DNA from: Octopus bimaculoides
Lineage: Eukaryota
NCBI RefSeq assembly: GCF_001194135.2
Contig: NC_068994.1
Coordinates: 36,159,871 to 36,223,870 of the forward strand
Length of the DNA: 64,000 bases
Reading direction: 5' to 3'
Shown here: one piece after another, positions 36,408 through 49,189 of the stretch
Layout of the letters: each line of letters starts with the position of its first letter
How positions within the stretch are numbered: position 1 is the stretch's first letter
The notes under the pieces: generated by a model
Database searches by the model: none
What the model was told of the DNA's origin: nothing
The model's input: only the letters and a program-made list of their open reading frames with translations
Made by a program: the position numbers and the translations under genes

Positions 36408-39002
36408 TGGTTTATACATTCTTATTATATACCAGCTTTGTTGTAATAGTTTAAGATTGTAGCTATGTGAATTTTGTTAACTTTCCATTTAACTTTGAAG
36501 TGTAAAACAAGAAAAAGTAGATATAGTGACCAAGTGTCAGAGACGAGGGAAAAAAAATTACAAACTGATTTTCATTTTAATATTGTAGATATTTTTGTAT
36601 TAGTGAAATGACTAATGTTCATACTTTGTAAATGAATATCCCCTGTAATTGTTCTGTTGTACTTCTAGACAGGCCACTTAATTCTAAATGCTTCTGTTCA
36701 CCTATCTAAATAATATAATACTCTAAAATTCATCTGGAAATATTCTGTGATAAAGTGGAGTCCTATCTAGGGGAAGATTCATCTTTCAGCTGTCTAATGT
36801 TACTGAATCAAGCAAAATATTGCCTTTGAGACTTATAGCTTTCAGAGTCAATCAAACATAAAAAAGAATGAAATGTTTTACTCAGTAAGCATTACTATCA
36901 GGAACCTAAAATGATAGACAAAAGTGTTCTCTTTAAGATGCTTCTGATTATATCTGTGTTGTATAACAATTGAACAGTCCATCTACTTGTCCTGTAAATG
37001 GTGAAGTTAGTTTAATATAATGCTAAGATGTCAGACATAAACACAGTAAAAGCTACTTAAAGTTACCTTTTATAGCGATATTTACATAAAATAAATAAAT
37101 CTCCATGATTATTTTAGCTTTCTGTACATAGGATTTTCAAAACAGGGTTCTCTCTCTTTTTATTTTTCTCTCTGTCTCTCTACCCCTCTCCCACTCTTTT
37201 TTCTCTGTCTCCTCCCTCTCTCTATATCTCTGTGTCTCTCTATTTCTCTTTCTCTCTCTTTCTCTCTTACTCTTAATGTTTTTGTCAATAGAGCACTCCT
37301 TTAACAGTCACATTATATATCTCTAGTAAATATCCTTTTGAAACCTAGCAACATTGTTAGATGAAGAATAATAGAAAAAAGTATAAAAACTATTTGGGGA
37401 GATGAAGGGGATATATGCAAATGTTCTTGAGAGGTTAAATGGCTGTAAGCTGATGATACTTTCTCAAGATAAAGAGACAATAAACTGGAAAATAAGGAAT
37501 CTATTTAGTGATGCTCCCAAGAGATAAGAAGTCTGTATAATGTTTTTAAAGGAGGTTATGTACTGATCATAGCATTCCTACCTCCATGGAGAATATGGAT
37601 TAGAGTCAGAGAAACTATATTATGTTTGCTGCTAAAAAGAAAATGAGAATATTTTGGTATTAACATAGATGTAGGAATACTGTTTTATGTTTAATTCCAG
37701 CTAGTTTTTAATTTTCTCCCTGCTACCCATATGTGCACATTTGAAAAATTGATAGCAGTATTAGTGAAAAAGGAAAGTGGAAGAATTTATTTTATGCACT
37801 TCCTAATATTAATCTTTTGTGGAGAAACTGCATTTCTTTAAATATAATTATGCTCAGCTCCTAATTTAAACAAAAAATTAGATATTTTAAAACTCATTTA
37901 TAAAAAAGCCTATTTTGAGCAACCCAGCTGACAACAGAGGTAAAATGGTTGTTAATCAGTAATCAACTTCTTGTGAACACCTACAAATGCTTTTATCTAA
38001 GATTAATTGAAAGATAAAAGAAGACTGTGAAATGCTTCATTAGTGCTATACAGTTAATTGGAATGTTTGCAATGGCATTTCTTTTCGGTTTAGTAGTTTG
38101 TTAATAGATGATTAACGAATAAGTCGATTATCATCTTGACTAAGATTTTACAAGGAATGACATTCTTACTACTCTCTAGTGAAGGTGAGTAATGGAGCCA
38201 CATCCATAACAAACATTTCTTGTTTAAGACCTTGAGGCAATATTTCTCTGTCTTCATAATGTTGGAAACAGTTGGATGCTAAAAATCTTTACAAGTAGCT
38301 TCTTTTGTGAAAGTAACATGTGATAAGTTGACAGTGTCTAACACAAGATGGGTTAGTCAATTCTAAAAGAATCTAATTATCGAGGATGTTATATCAACAA
38401 AGCATCTAATGAATTCAAGACGGATATTGATTAAACTTGACGTGAATTCTATTGCTATCTTCACTTGTCTCTTATTATGGTACATAAAAATATTTTAAAG
38501 TTATTCATATCAATGCATAATCAAAAAGGCTTAAATCTAAAAGGTCAGTAATAATTTACTGTGGAATTTTAACAGCTCTGGAAAGGAAGCTGTCACAATA
38601 AGAAGAAAATATTTTATGCAATAAGGTGGAAAACTGTTTTTTTAATATTAAAAAACTCAGAAGAATAAACTTAATGATGAGTGAAATTATATTCAAATAT
38701 AATACTGCTGAGATAATATATTACTATATTTTCTCTGTAATTTGGAAATAAGTGAATCTCCATCTTGTGTGTATAGACATGCACATGCATCCACACTTAA
38801 TAATTCATATAATAATGCATATTGATTGAATATTTGTCATTTAACAATTTAATTATCAATTTTAAAATAAAATACTTTACAAGAAAAAAGAGTGTTTGTA
38901 TCTGTGTTCAAGAAATATTTTTAGAATAACATGTTTTAATGACTTTGAAGTGTTCATATATCAGGAAGTATTTCACAACTCTGCTACCATTATCATATTC
39001 TT

Positions 39003-39042
<40 letters not shown>

Positions 39043-40239
39043 CACACATGAAAGAACATTGTAGCTTGAAGATTTGTATTTAGAAGTGAAAATGGAGAGT
39101 CTTACAATGTGATAAGTAAAAAGCTTACTAATCTTATATATACTAAATGTGTGTGTGAATCTGCAAATATACATATATAAAATTTCTTTTGGAATGGTGA
39201 CACCTGAAGCAGATAAAACTCTGAATAATTGTATGTAAAAATTGGGTAAAAAATTCTTTGGACTGAAAAAGTTGAAGGCTGCCCATGCGACATGAACCGC
39301 ATCTTCTGTAAATATGACAGAAGCCATCGACATTTTCTAACCAAAGGGATTTTTTAACCTAATATTTACACACTATTATTTATAGCTTTGTCTGCTTTGA
39401 GTTTCACTGCTCCAACAAAGAATTATTTCACTTCTCTTGGAACTTATAAATTCTTATGACGTCAACAATACACACACGCACACACATGCGCGTGCGTGCG
39501 CATGTGTAAGCAGTTTCTTTTTAATGGCTAACATATAATATAGTTTCATCAACTCCGAACCTTCAATATTATATATAGCTGTATATTTGAATGTATGCAC
39601 GTATGCTTTTTTTCTTATTACTTAGCTATGAATAAAAGGTGGTGAGACCAACACTTTATAGGCTTCTGTGACTAATAGAAGAAAGGGAAGAAGTTATCCT
39701 CAAACCAGAAACCAGGCCTGGATAACTACAACAAAATAAATTCTGCTAAAATATCTGAGAACCAGGTAGTAATGTTAAACTGGGTAACATCTTAAGTCTA
39801 CCTCTGAAATAGGCTAAAGTTGAATTTGAACTCAGAATACGAAGAACCAGAATAAATACTACAAGGCATCCCAGCCAATTCCCTAACAATTCTGCCAGTC
39901 TACTCTCTAGACTGGTATTTTATTTATTGACCCAAGAGGGATGAAAGTTAGGCTTAACTTCGACAGGATTTGAACTGAGAATACAAGAAGCCAGAATAAA
40001 TACCACAATACATTTCATTTGTTGCTCTAATGATTGTTCTGATTTGCCCCTTACAGTGTGTGTGTGTGTGTGTGTGTGTGTACATATGCTTATGTTAACA
40101 ATCTCTCATGGAAGTTTGTCTCTCCAAAGTAGTTGTATTTCAAGAAGCCAAAATGCCTATTGGTGGTATTAAAAGCAATTCAATAGGAGAGAGTGTGAAC
40201 ACATGATGGGTTACTGCAAACATCTTCACTCATTTAGGT

Positions 40240-40640
40240 CAAAGAATTGGGAAAACTCCACATCTTTGTCTCAACTCATCAGGAAACTCAAGGATCAGAG
40301 ATCTGAGTGTCCTCCATAGAGCATTTTTAATAATGAAAGACACAAAAGATTTCGAAAAAACCACAAACTGGCTGGCTTTGTCTAAGAGAAAGTTTCTAGA
40401 TATTAAAGCAACTAGTGATATTCCTAACCAGAGGATTAAGATATTATTCAATTAACATCATTGGAAGAGTTTGCTTCTGAATATTTGCAATCTCCAGGCT
40501 CACTGATGCAAATTGTTGCTTGTGGATTTAATGATCTTTGCATATTACTTGCACTTGATGTCCAAGCACTTTGCTTAGGTACTATCCTTCATACTAGTGT
40601 AGTCCAGTTATATTTTGACAGCAAAAATGTAGCCTACATT
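40240..40640 (-). mobile_element. Decayed LINE RT C-terminal fragment (RTE-like)
   Basis: KVLGHQV... and NALWRTLRSLILEFPDELRQRCGVFPI resemble KYLG and RCLRRILRI.W...NEELR.R. Confidence 0.4.
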
Positions 40641-40827
40641 GACAATTGAGAATCAGACTACCAAATGCTTTGTGGACATAGTTTCATTCCCTATATAATA
40701 ATTCTGATTAATCATGCATGGCATTTATGTGTAGAAATTTAAAGTCGTAATTTATTGTTATTTGATGTTCTACATGTTATTCACCCAATGTTTCATCATA
40801 ACTATATATATATATATATATATATGA

Positions 40828-40858
<31 letters not shown>

Positions 40859-41949
40859 TGGTGTATGTGTGCATGCGTTGTTTTGTTTTTCTTGTTACTC
40901 CTTGTGTTTGTACTTTTGTTAAGATGAGTATAAATGATTATCTTGCTGTGAACTAATGGATGAAGGTGCAGGTAGAGGTGCAGTAGTGATTATTGGTGGC
41001 TGTTAGAATGGTAGTAATAGTAACATTACAAATAGTGTAGTTTTTATGGATCAGTAGATGTCTAGTCAGAATATTATTATGATAGTTTTTTTAACATTTC
41101 TATGGTCAGATGTAAATTAAATTGGACTTGTATTTTTGAAGTGATTCTGGAAAGAGTTTCAATATAAACTACAAGAACTTAAATTATTGCACATTGGTGG
41201 AAATAATGTGACACTAAAAAAAGTCTGATGCTAATGTCTGCAAAGTTAGACACTATGAGAAAAATATTTCCAAAACTTTTAAGGTGTCCAAAATAAGAGG
41301 AAGTATAAAACATTTAGTTATTTATGTTCTTGGAAAAGTTGTCATGGTTTGAATTGGTTCACATTCAGTTATTGCCTTTCCAGAAGGATGTATTACTTGT
41401 ACTTACTATATTTGGAATGGTTTCAATGGCATGATGCCTTTCTTAATACCAATCACTTTACCCAGTGTATTTGGTACATTTTATTATGGCAGCAACTCTT
41501 GTGAGGTGCTTTGTACCCTTAAGACAAAGGAATCTTCATTAATCTTTGCTGTCTCTGTTCAGGAGTGTGTAGAAGATGAACTGAGTTAAGAATTAGAAAG
41601 AGGCAAAAGTATGATGGAGGAAAACTGACTGGGAGTGTGAGTAGTGTGGAAGGCGAGAAAAAATTGGTTAGCTCTCTCTAGGAGTAATGGTAGTGTGTGA
41701 TAAATGTCAAAACTGAATTAGCTGGTGAGAGAAAATGTGAATGATGATTGGTCAAGATGATGATGGCAATAAGAAATTGACCTGAGGGAGAAGATGGCTA
41801 GTAGTACAGGAGAATAGAGGGATATATACCTACATATCTAATGCAATCCATTATTACACAAGGTAGTTGGAGAGAGTCATAGAGAGAAATGGATGGTGAT
41901 ATACACAAATATACATGCACACACAAACATACATGAATATATGCTTATG

Positions 41950-42168
41950 TGAGGTGGTGTGCTGGCAGGAACATTAGCATGCCGGGCGAAATGCTTAGCA
42001 GTATTTCATCTGTTTTTACATTCTGAGTTCAAATTCTACTAAGTTCGACTTTGCCTTTCATCCTTTCAGAGTCAATAAGTTAAGTACCAGTTGTGTACTG
42101 GGGTCGATCAAATCGACTGGCCCCTCTCCCAAAATTTCAGGCCTTATACCTAGAGTAGAAAAGATTAT
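41950..42168 (+). mobile_element. SINE family A copy (best preserved)
   Basis: gctggcagga-cattagcatgccgggcgaaatgcttagc...gagttcaaattc...gtaccagttgtgtactggggtcgat. Confidence 0.85.
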
Positions 42169-42910
42169 ATGCTTGTGTGTGTGTGTATATTTTTTCCCCC
42201 ACTTACACGCACAATTACATATACATACAAACATTCATACTCACATAGATATAAACTCCAATGCAACAGGCAGTTCTCTTTATTTTGGCACTAAATCTGT
42301 TGTCATTTCTATTACAAAAATTCAAAAGGGAATAATATGAAATGAATTTTCTCTACTGATGAGTCAGGTGTTGCAATTGGTGTGTCTTGCGTTTGTAGTA
42401 AGATACACCAATTTAACCCATAACTTTTTCTAGATGGTCAAAAGGTCTATTTTAGAAATAATTTTTTTGCTAATAAAGGATTAAATTTGACCAAAAGAAA
42501 TATTCTGGATGAAAGTTGCAAGCACAAATACCGTTTCCCTTTCTCAAAGCACTTGCATACAGTGAATGGAGCATATACATAGTATTAATGAAAATGCCTC
42601 CTACAAAGGTGATGTGAATAAAGGTGGAATAGTATATTAGATTTCAAAAAAAAAAAAAAAATATGGCAGTTGGAGCTTCTCTCTTACAAGATAATGTCCC
42701 ACTTGGATTTGCACTACCATCCTGGAATTAGATATACTTGAATAGTCTATATAAAAAATCCATTCCATACATATTAAAATCTGCTATATCCTGACANNNN
42801 NNNNNNTAAAAAATCCATTCCATACATATTAAAATCTGCTATATCCTGACACTAATTTAAGTTCTATATTAAAAGAAAACAGTGAGGAAAATTCAGACAG
42901 CTTTTGAGTG

Positions 42911-42945
<35 letters not shown>

Positions 42946-43149
42946 AATATATATATGTATATATATATATCAATCACACAGTATGACAGGAAAAATAAAT
43001 AAGTCAAGACAACAATATCTCGTGGATTGGTAATGCTCACTTCTTGATAACCTCCCTTGCAAGCCCAGAATTGCTGGGTTAGCACTCCTCAGCAAAAACT
43101 TGGAGGTGAAAAATTCTGCATATTACAAAAAAGATTGTACATGGGTATT

Positions 43150-43760
43150 TTGAACTTGTGGCTGTTACACAATGTCACATTTCAAAGGTAATGCTTTTGC
43201 AATTGAAGAGCAGCAGATAGCAGTGAAATATCTGATGTACAAAAGAGATAGTGAAGCTCTTAAACCCTTCAGAAGCTACTAAAACTGTTGATTAGGTCAG
43301 ATTTTTATAGCAGATATTACACATAATAAGCAGGTGTTCCACACTATAGAGGTCCTGGCTCCCATTGTAGCAGGATGTTGCAGAAACAAAACAATTCTAA
43401 ACAGAGTAAAAAGTGCTCTGGTATAAATATAGAGAATAGCTCTGGGGTTAAATACATACATAACACCAGAATGAACATTAGTGGAACAACCTCATTAAAA
43501 TTTCTATGAAGCCTAAGCATAATAGCCTTGATATAGATATCTGGGATAGAAAAGAATCATCTTGTACAATCATAGAGGTTAGCTGCCCTGCATATGTGAA
43601 TATTTCTTCCAAAATCAATGAGAAGGAGAGTATTTATGGCCAATTACTTTGCGATCTGTAACTTCTCTACCTGAGCTATAAATTCACATTCATACCTATA
43701 ATTATTGATGCACTTGACTGCATATGACTATCTTGTGAAATGTTTAAGTGACAGTATAAA
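43150..43760 (+). mobile_element. R4/Dong-like non-LTR element 3' end (restriction-like endonuclease), decayed
   Basis: KPKHNSLDIDIWDRKESSCTIIEVSCPAYVNISSKINEKESIY...FTFIPIIIDAL fits the PD..D..IE..K RLE motif, preceded by a DITHII-like zinc-knuckle remnant. Confidence 0.75.
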
Positions 43761-43924
43761 GAAAATAAGGCTTGCAAGTAAAGTAAGATAATAAAAAAAG
43801 GAAGCAGGTAAAACACACACACTACACAAAAACACCCTACAAACAGAAATATATAAATAAACAAAACTTTTCTTGAAATTTTGCATATCCAAATTTCAGT
43901 AATTCAAGTAGGAAAATGATGATA

Positions 43925-43965
43925 TTCTCTCTCTATCTCTCTCGTTTTCTCTCTCTCTCTCTTTT

Positions 43966-43999
<34 letters not shown>

Positions 44000-44017
44000 N
44001 NNNNNNNNNTCTCTTTT

Positions 44018-44075
<58 letters not shown>
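43925..44075. repeat. (TC)n microsatellite spanning a gap
   Basis: Seen directly in the sequence. Confidence 0.95.
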
Positions 44076-44076
<1 letters not shown>

Positions 44077-44089
44077 ACACACAATACAC

Positions 44090-44209
44090 ACTGCATGGCA
44101 AGAAGCTTGCTTCCCAATCACGTGGTTTCAAGTTCAGTCCCACTGCATAACACTTTCAGTAAATTTGGTAGATGGAAAGAAGCTCATCATATGTATGTAT
44201 GTATGTATG

Positions 44210-44264
<55 letters not shown>

Positions 44265-44425
44265 CTTTGTGTTTATCCTCCACCACAACTTGACAACCAG
44301 TGTTGGTGTGCTTACATCCCTGTAAGTACCATTCTTAAAAAAAAGATATAAATACTAGGGCTGATTCATTTGACTAAAAGTTCTTGAAGGTGGTACCCTA
44401 GCATGGCTGCAGTCTGATAAATGAA
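44090..44425 (+). mobile_element. SINE family B copy with internal microsatellite
   Basis: tRNA-like head, (TATG)/(TA)/(TG) middle, and tail ggtggtaccctagcatggctgcag...gaaacaagtaaaa. Confidence 0.8.
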
Positions 44426-44445
44426 ACAAGTAAAAAATAAAAGAT

Positions 44446-44740
44446 GCACATGGCTCAGTGAGTTTGATTCTCAAACCGGGCTGTGTGTTGTGTTCTTGAG
44501 CAAGACACTTTATTTCACATTGCTCCAGTTTACTCAGATGTAGAAATGAGTTGCGACATCACTGGTGCCAAGCTGTACCGGCCTTTGCTTTTCCCTTGGA
44601 TAACGTCATTGGTATGGAGATGGAAAGCTGGTATGCATGGGAGACTGCTGGTCTTCCATAAACAACCTTGCTGAGACTTATGCCTTGGAGGGTAACTTTC
44701 TAGGTGCAATCCCATTGCCCTTCATGATCAACAGAGGTCT
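44446..44740 (+). mobile_element. SINE family C copy (tRNA head plus Meta/V-like core)
   Basis: High similarity to 58946-59280; core gtgttgtgttcttgagcaagacactttatttca-ttgctccagtt-actcag-tgtagaaatgag. Confidence 0.85.
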
Positions 44741-44754
44741 TTACCTTTTACACA

Positions 44755-44798
<44 letters not shown>

Positions 44799-45446
44799 CT
44801 CACACTCACACTCACACATTCACACATTCACACATATATAGGTAGTATCAAAAGTTTCCATAGAAAGTTAGAATCAAAAGAGGAACACTCTATATAGTCA
44901 ACAGAATGACTCTCAGAATTCCTCTCCACTTCAGACTGTTGCAGACATGATTATGTGGTTAAGCATTTTGATCCCCAACTACATGGTTTTTGGGTTCAGT
45001 CAAATTATGCAGCACCTAAGCATCCATCACAATAGGACTTTACAAAACACAAAATGGATCATGATATGAAATGATAGTGAGACATCTGTACATCATTAGA
45101 TTTAAGTGACAGAAGTTTGTACCACACTTTTCCCAGTGTCTTGATTGCAATAGTAGGTTCCAGTAACAAGCATTGCAAGATGACTGGTACTATTTTGACT
45201 GCAAATCTTATGTCAGCGTCTCTTTCTCCTAGAGGAGCTGCCTTCTTCATGGCTTTGTCAGAAATAACAGTTTAATATCCTGGGTATGACATCAAACTGC
45301 ATGCAGTGGTGAGGCTCCATTTCTGGAGTATGGAGTCATCTCTTAATTACCATTACTACCAGGCCCATTCTGACCTGGAATGGTAGTACCTGTCAGGGTC
45401 CCATCTATGGGTTAAATAGATTTTCTAGTGGTAGAGGAAGCCCCTG

Positions 45447-45496
<50 letters not shown>

Positions 45497-45589
45497 CATG
45501 AAAACACACATACATTTAGATATACAAAGGATGGGCTCTCTCTCACCTCCTCCTCTGTGTGTTCGTGTGTGTACACATGTATTTACATA

Positions 45590-45813
45590 TTTTATCTTTT
45601 CCTTGTTTCAGTCACTAGGTTGTGGCCATGCTGGGACACTGCTTTGAAGGGTTTTAGTTGAACAAACTGACCCCAGAACTTTTTTTTTAAGCCTGGTACT
45701 TATTTTGTCGGTCACTTTTGCAGAATCACTAAGTTTCAGGGACATAAACATGCCAACACTGGTTGTGAAGCAATGGGGGTGAGGGCAGAGGTAGGACAAA
45801 CACAGACAGACAA

Positions 45814-45848
<35 letters not shown>

Positions 45849-46040
45849 TTTGTGTATATATGATGGGCTTCTTTCAGTTTCTGTTTACCAGATCTTCTCA
45901 CAAGGCTTTGGTCATCCCGAGGCTATAGTAGAAGTCACTTGCACAAGGTGACACTTGTACAAGGTGCCATGCAGTGGGACTGAACCCAGAACCAGTTATT
46001 AAGAAAAAGCTTTTTACCAAACAGCCATGCCTGTGCCTAT
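45590..46040 (-). mobile_element. SINE family B copy
   Basis: Reverse complement of the family B consensus with a (CA)n middle. Confidence 0.85.
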
Positions 46041-46634
46041 AGAAATAGTTTACAGATTACTAACACATTTTGAAATGTAAATAAAAATACTGTTTGAAAG
46101 TTTAAGAAAGATTGACTTGAAATGAGTTGCCAATTTGCTATTATCTTTACATATACCTTTCCTTTATCGTAATGAATGACTTATTTTCTATGATGCTAAC
46201 TTCATAAATTAACTAGTTACTCTGTCATTTATTTCCTTTCCACCTTCTCTTCTTTTGTCTTTAAATCCCAAATGAGTGTAGCATTTTGTTACTTGTTGGT
46301 TGCCATAAAGCCTGATATGTACACTAATCCTGCATCTCTTATGTCAAATCTCTTTCTCTCTACCTCACTCTAAGTGTCGTGAAATGTAGCTGAAGAAACC
46401 AACCAACCAACCAACCAACCAAGATTATATAGGCCATTATTACTTTGATATGTTGTATGTATGTGTGTTTATGTGTGTATGTAAACACTTGTCCAGGTAG
46501 GCATGTATATTAATAGATAGATAGACAGATACATATTTTTACATAGTTCATATTTTACAGTCCTTACAATTTTACTGGAATATATTCTACTTTGTGTATG
46601 TACAAATACTCCCAATTTTACAAGACTGTATTTT

Positions 46635-46740
<106 letters not shown>

Positions 46741-48037
46741 NNNNNNNNNNNNNNNNNNNNNNNNNNNNNNNNNNNNNNNNNNNNNNNNNNNNNNNNNNNN
46801 NNNNNNNNNNNNNNNNNNNNNNNNNNNNNNNNNNNNNNNNNNNNNNNNNNNNNNNNNNNNNNNNNNNTTTTTTTTTTTTTTTTTTTTTTTTCCTTCCTAC
46901 CAGGAAGAACAATACTCACTTTTGACGAAATTTTATAGCTCTGTCTGAATAAATGAATTAAAGATGTTTATCTGATGGTTGAATATACTGAGTCGAATAT
47001 AAATTAACTGCTTTCAGCTTTACTATTCTCCTATATTGGAAAAGGAACAAAGAATATTTGGCTATATTAGAATGTGATCATATAGCTTGCATTCAGAACC
47101 AGTCATGCAATGAACAATTTGAAACAGAATAGACAATCGAAGAGTTACAGAGGGACTGAATAACCTTACAAGTAATCCAATACAGAAAGCAGAGTAGAGT
47201 TTTATGCTACAAAGACTGATTTATTTATTTATTTTTAGCCAATGATTTATATCTTTGGAAAGGAAAGACTTAAAGAAGGCTTTGTAGGAGTTAAAAAGAA
47301 TAAATTGGTCAGTATTTCTTTACAGAGAACAAATTAGTCATTTTAGTAGCTTTTATTGCAATATACAAATTTGTATGGATTTCCACACTTGGGAAGTTAA
47401 TTTAGTCTTTCCTATGAAACCCATGATGGTGTCAGTTCTGACTATAAATTAATGAGTTCACTGAATATATTCATTAGGTATTAATTATATTTAATTTGGA
47501 GATCTTTGTCTTATGATCTGAGAAAATGATTAGACTTAAAACAGTTTCTTTTGTTAGTTCCATTTTCCATTAATCAAGTATTTATTATACAAATGACTGA
47601 AACATATTCAGTTTGATAATTGAAAGATTCAAAGTGTTTTAAGAGAAACAGACATCAATTTAATGTCATAGAGTCACTTTACTAGTTTTAAATTAACTAT
47701 TTTTTCACATAGTAAATCAGCTAATCTGAGTATTGAATCAAATTCCATTTGAACAGAAATTGAAATATTGCAGTCTATTTTTAATTTTGTAAGATGAAAT
47801 GTTGCTTTTGAATAAAATCTTTAATGTTAAATTGATTTACTATGAAGGTTTTTCTACTTATAAAATTCTCTTTATTATTTCAAAAATCATAACAATTATG
47901 AAATTCAAAATTGAGTTGTTTCAAACTAGATATATATTCAGTTAATCAATGTGAAAGTTTGTTGAGAAAAATTTCCTTTAGTGTGTATGTGTGTGTGAGT
48001 GCCTGTCTGTGTGTGTCTGTCAGTGTATATATATATC

Positions 48038-48076
<39 letters not shown>

Positions 48077-48210
48077 ACGCACACACGCACACGCACACGC
48101 ACACACATGCACACACAAACATAAAGGTTTATATGTACTTGTACATATATGCATGTATATGTATGTATATATAGGTATATGCATGTATATATATGTATAT
48201 ATAGGTATAT

Positions 48211-48417
48211 GGGGGCGCAATGGCCCAGTGGTTAGGGCAGCGAACTCGCGGTCATAGGATCGCGGCCCGGATTCCCAGACCGGGCGTTGTGAGTGTTTAT
48301 TGAGTGAAAACATCTAAAGCGCCACAAGGCTCCGGCAGGGTATGGTAGTGGACCCTGCTGGACTCGTTCATCACAACTTTTTCTCACTCTTACTTCCTGT
48401 TTCTGTTGTACCTGTAC
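48211..48417 (+). mobile_element. SINE family D 5' part (tRNA-derived head), truncated
   Basis: ggcgcaatggcccagtggttagggcag...ggattccc shows A-box and B-box-like motifs. No tRNA 3' acceptor stem; it runs into a SINE body and then abuts the inverted RTE piece. Confidence 0.7.
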
Positions 48418-49150
48418 TCGTTGCCAACCCTTACCTTACTGATAGCATCCCTGTACATGGCTTGTACAGCTCTCACTAACCATTCATCTATCCCTAATTT
48501 CCTCATTGACCACCAGGTAAGGGATCGGGGGACCCTGTCAAAGGCTTTCTCCATGTCAATGAAAGCTAGGTATTTCTCCTGCAGCTGTCTTACCAGAAAT
48601 ATAGCATCAGTGGTGCTTTTCCCTGGTACAAACCCAAACTGCATCTCGTCTCCATGTACCGTAACCTCCATGTACTCCATGGAAGCCCCCTGCATGTTGT
48701 CCAACATGCCCATTGAAGTTTCCAGCCACAAAGAGAATGTCCCTGTCATTCGTTGACGAGGTAGCCTACAAGAGGGTGTCATAAAATCGGTCTTTCTGTT
48801 CATCAGGTAGCCCAGACTGAGGGGCATAGGCGGAGATAATGGTTGCTAACCCATGTTGCAGCACTAATTTAATCTTAAGTATTCTATCAAAGACTCTGAC
48901 AACCTTGATGAACTTATCAACCCATCTCTCTGCTAGAAGTATACCCATGCCCCCGACTCTGTCAGTGTTCCTTGCCCAGAAAATTTTATGCCTATGTCCT
49001 TTGCCTGTGAATTACCTAGCAGAACTTCCTCTACACCTTATTTCTTGGATGCTGCACAAATCTACACATCTCCATTCAAGCATCTCAACAATCTCACCAG
49101 ACCTACCTTCCAGTGTGCCAACCCTGAGGGTGTGGGAGGTGTGAGCCTGT
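48410..49150 (-). mobile_element. RTE LINE 5' segment, inverted and internally deleted (endonuclease joined to RT middle)
   Basis: VGTLEGRSGEIVEML...QEIR...GILLAERWVDK...ISAYAPQ, then QFGFVPGKSTTDAIFLVRQLQEKY...AFIDMEKAFDRVPR. Confidence 0.9.
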
Positions 49151-49189
49151 CAGACCCTGCGATGAATATATGTATATATCTTTATGGAT

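Noticed and set aside
38145-38190. Consensus donor GAAG|GTGAGT with a possible 5-nt or 40-nt exon
   Set aside because: An isolated splice signal at the frequency expected by chance.
38908-39344. Minus-strand ORF EDAVHVAWAAFNFFSPKNF... with a TTTACAG acceptor and a few retained CpGs
   Set aside because: No recognisable homology, the donor is ambiguous and the ORF runs into microsatellite. Not excluded, but unsupported.
42753-42852. ~45-bp direct repeat on both sides of a 10-N gap
   Set aside because: Typical unmerged contig-end overlap, so an assembly artefact.
48211-48285. Possible tRNA gene (also 58946-59015)
   Set aside because: A/B boxes are present, but there is no acceptor-stem closure or terminator and the sequence continues into SINE bodies.
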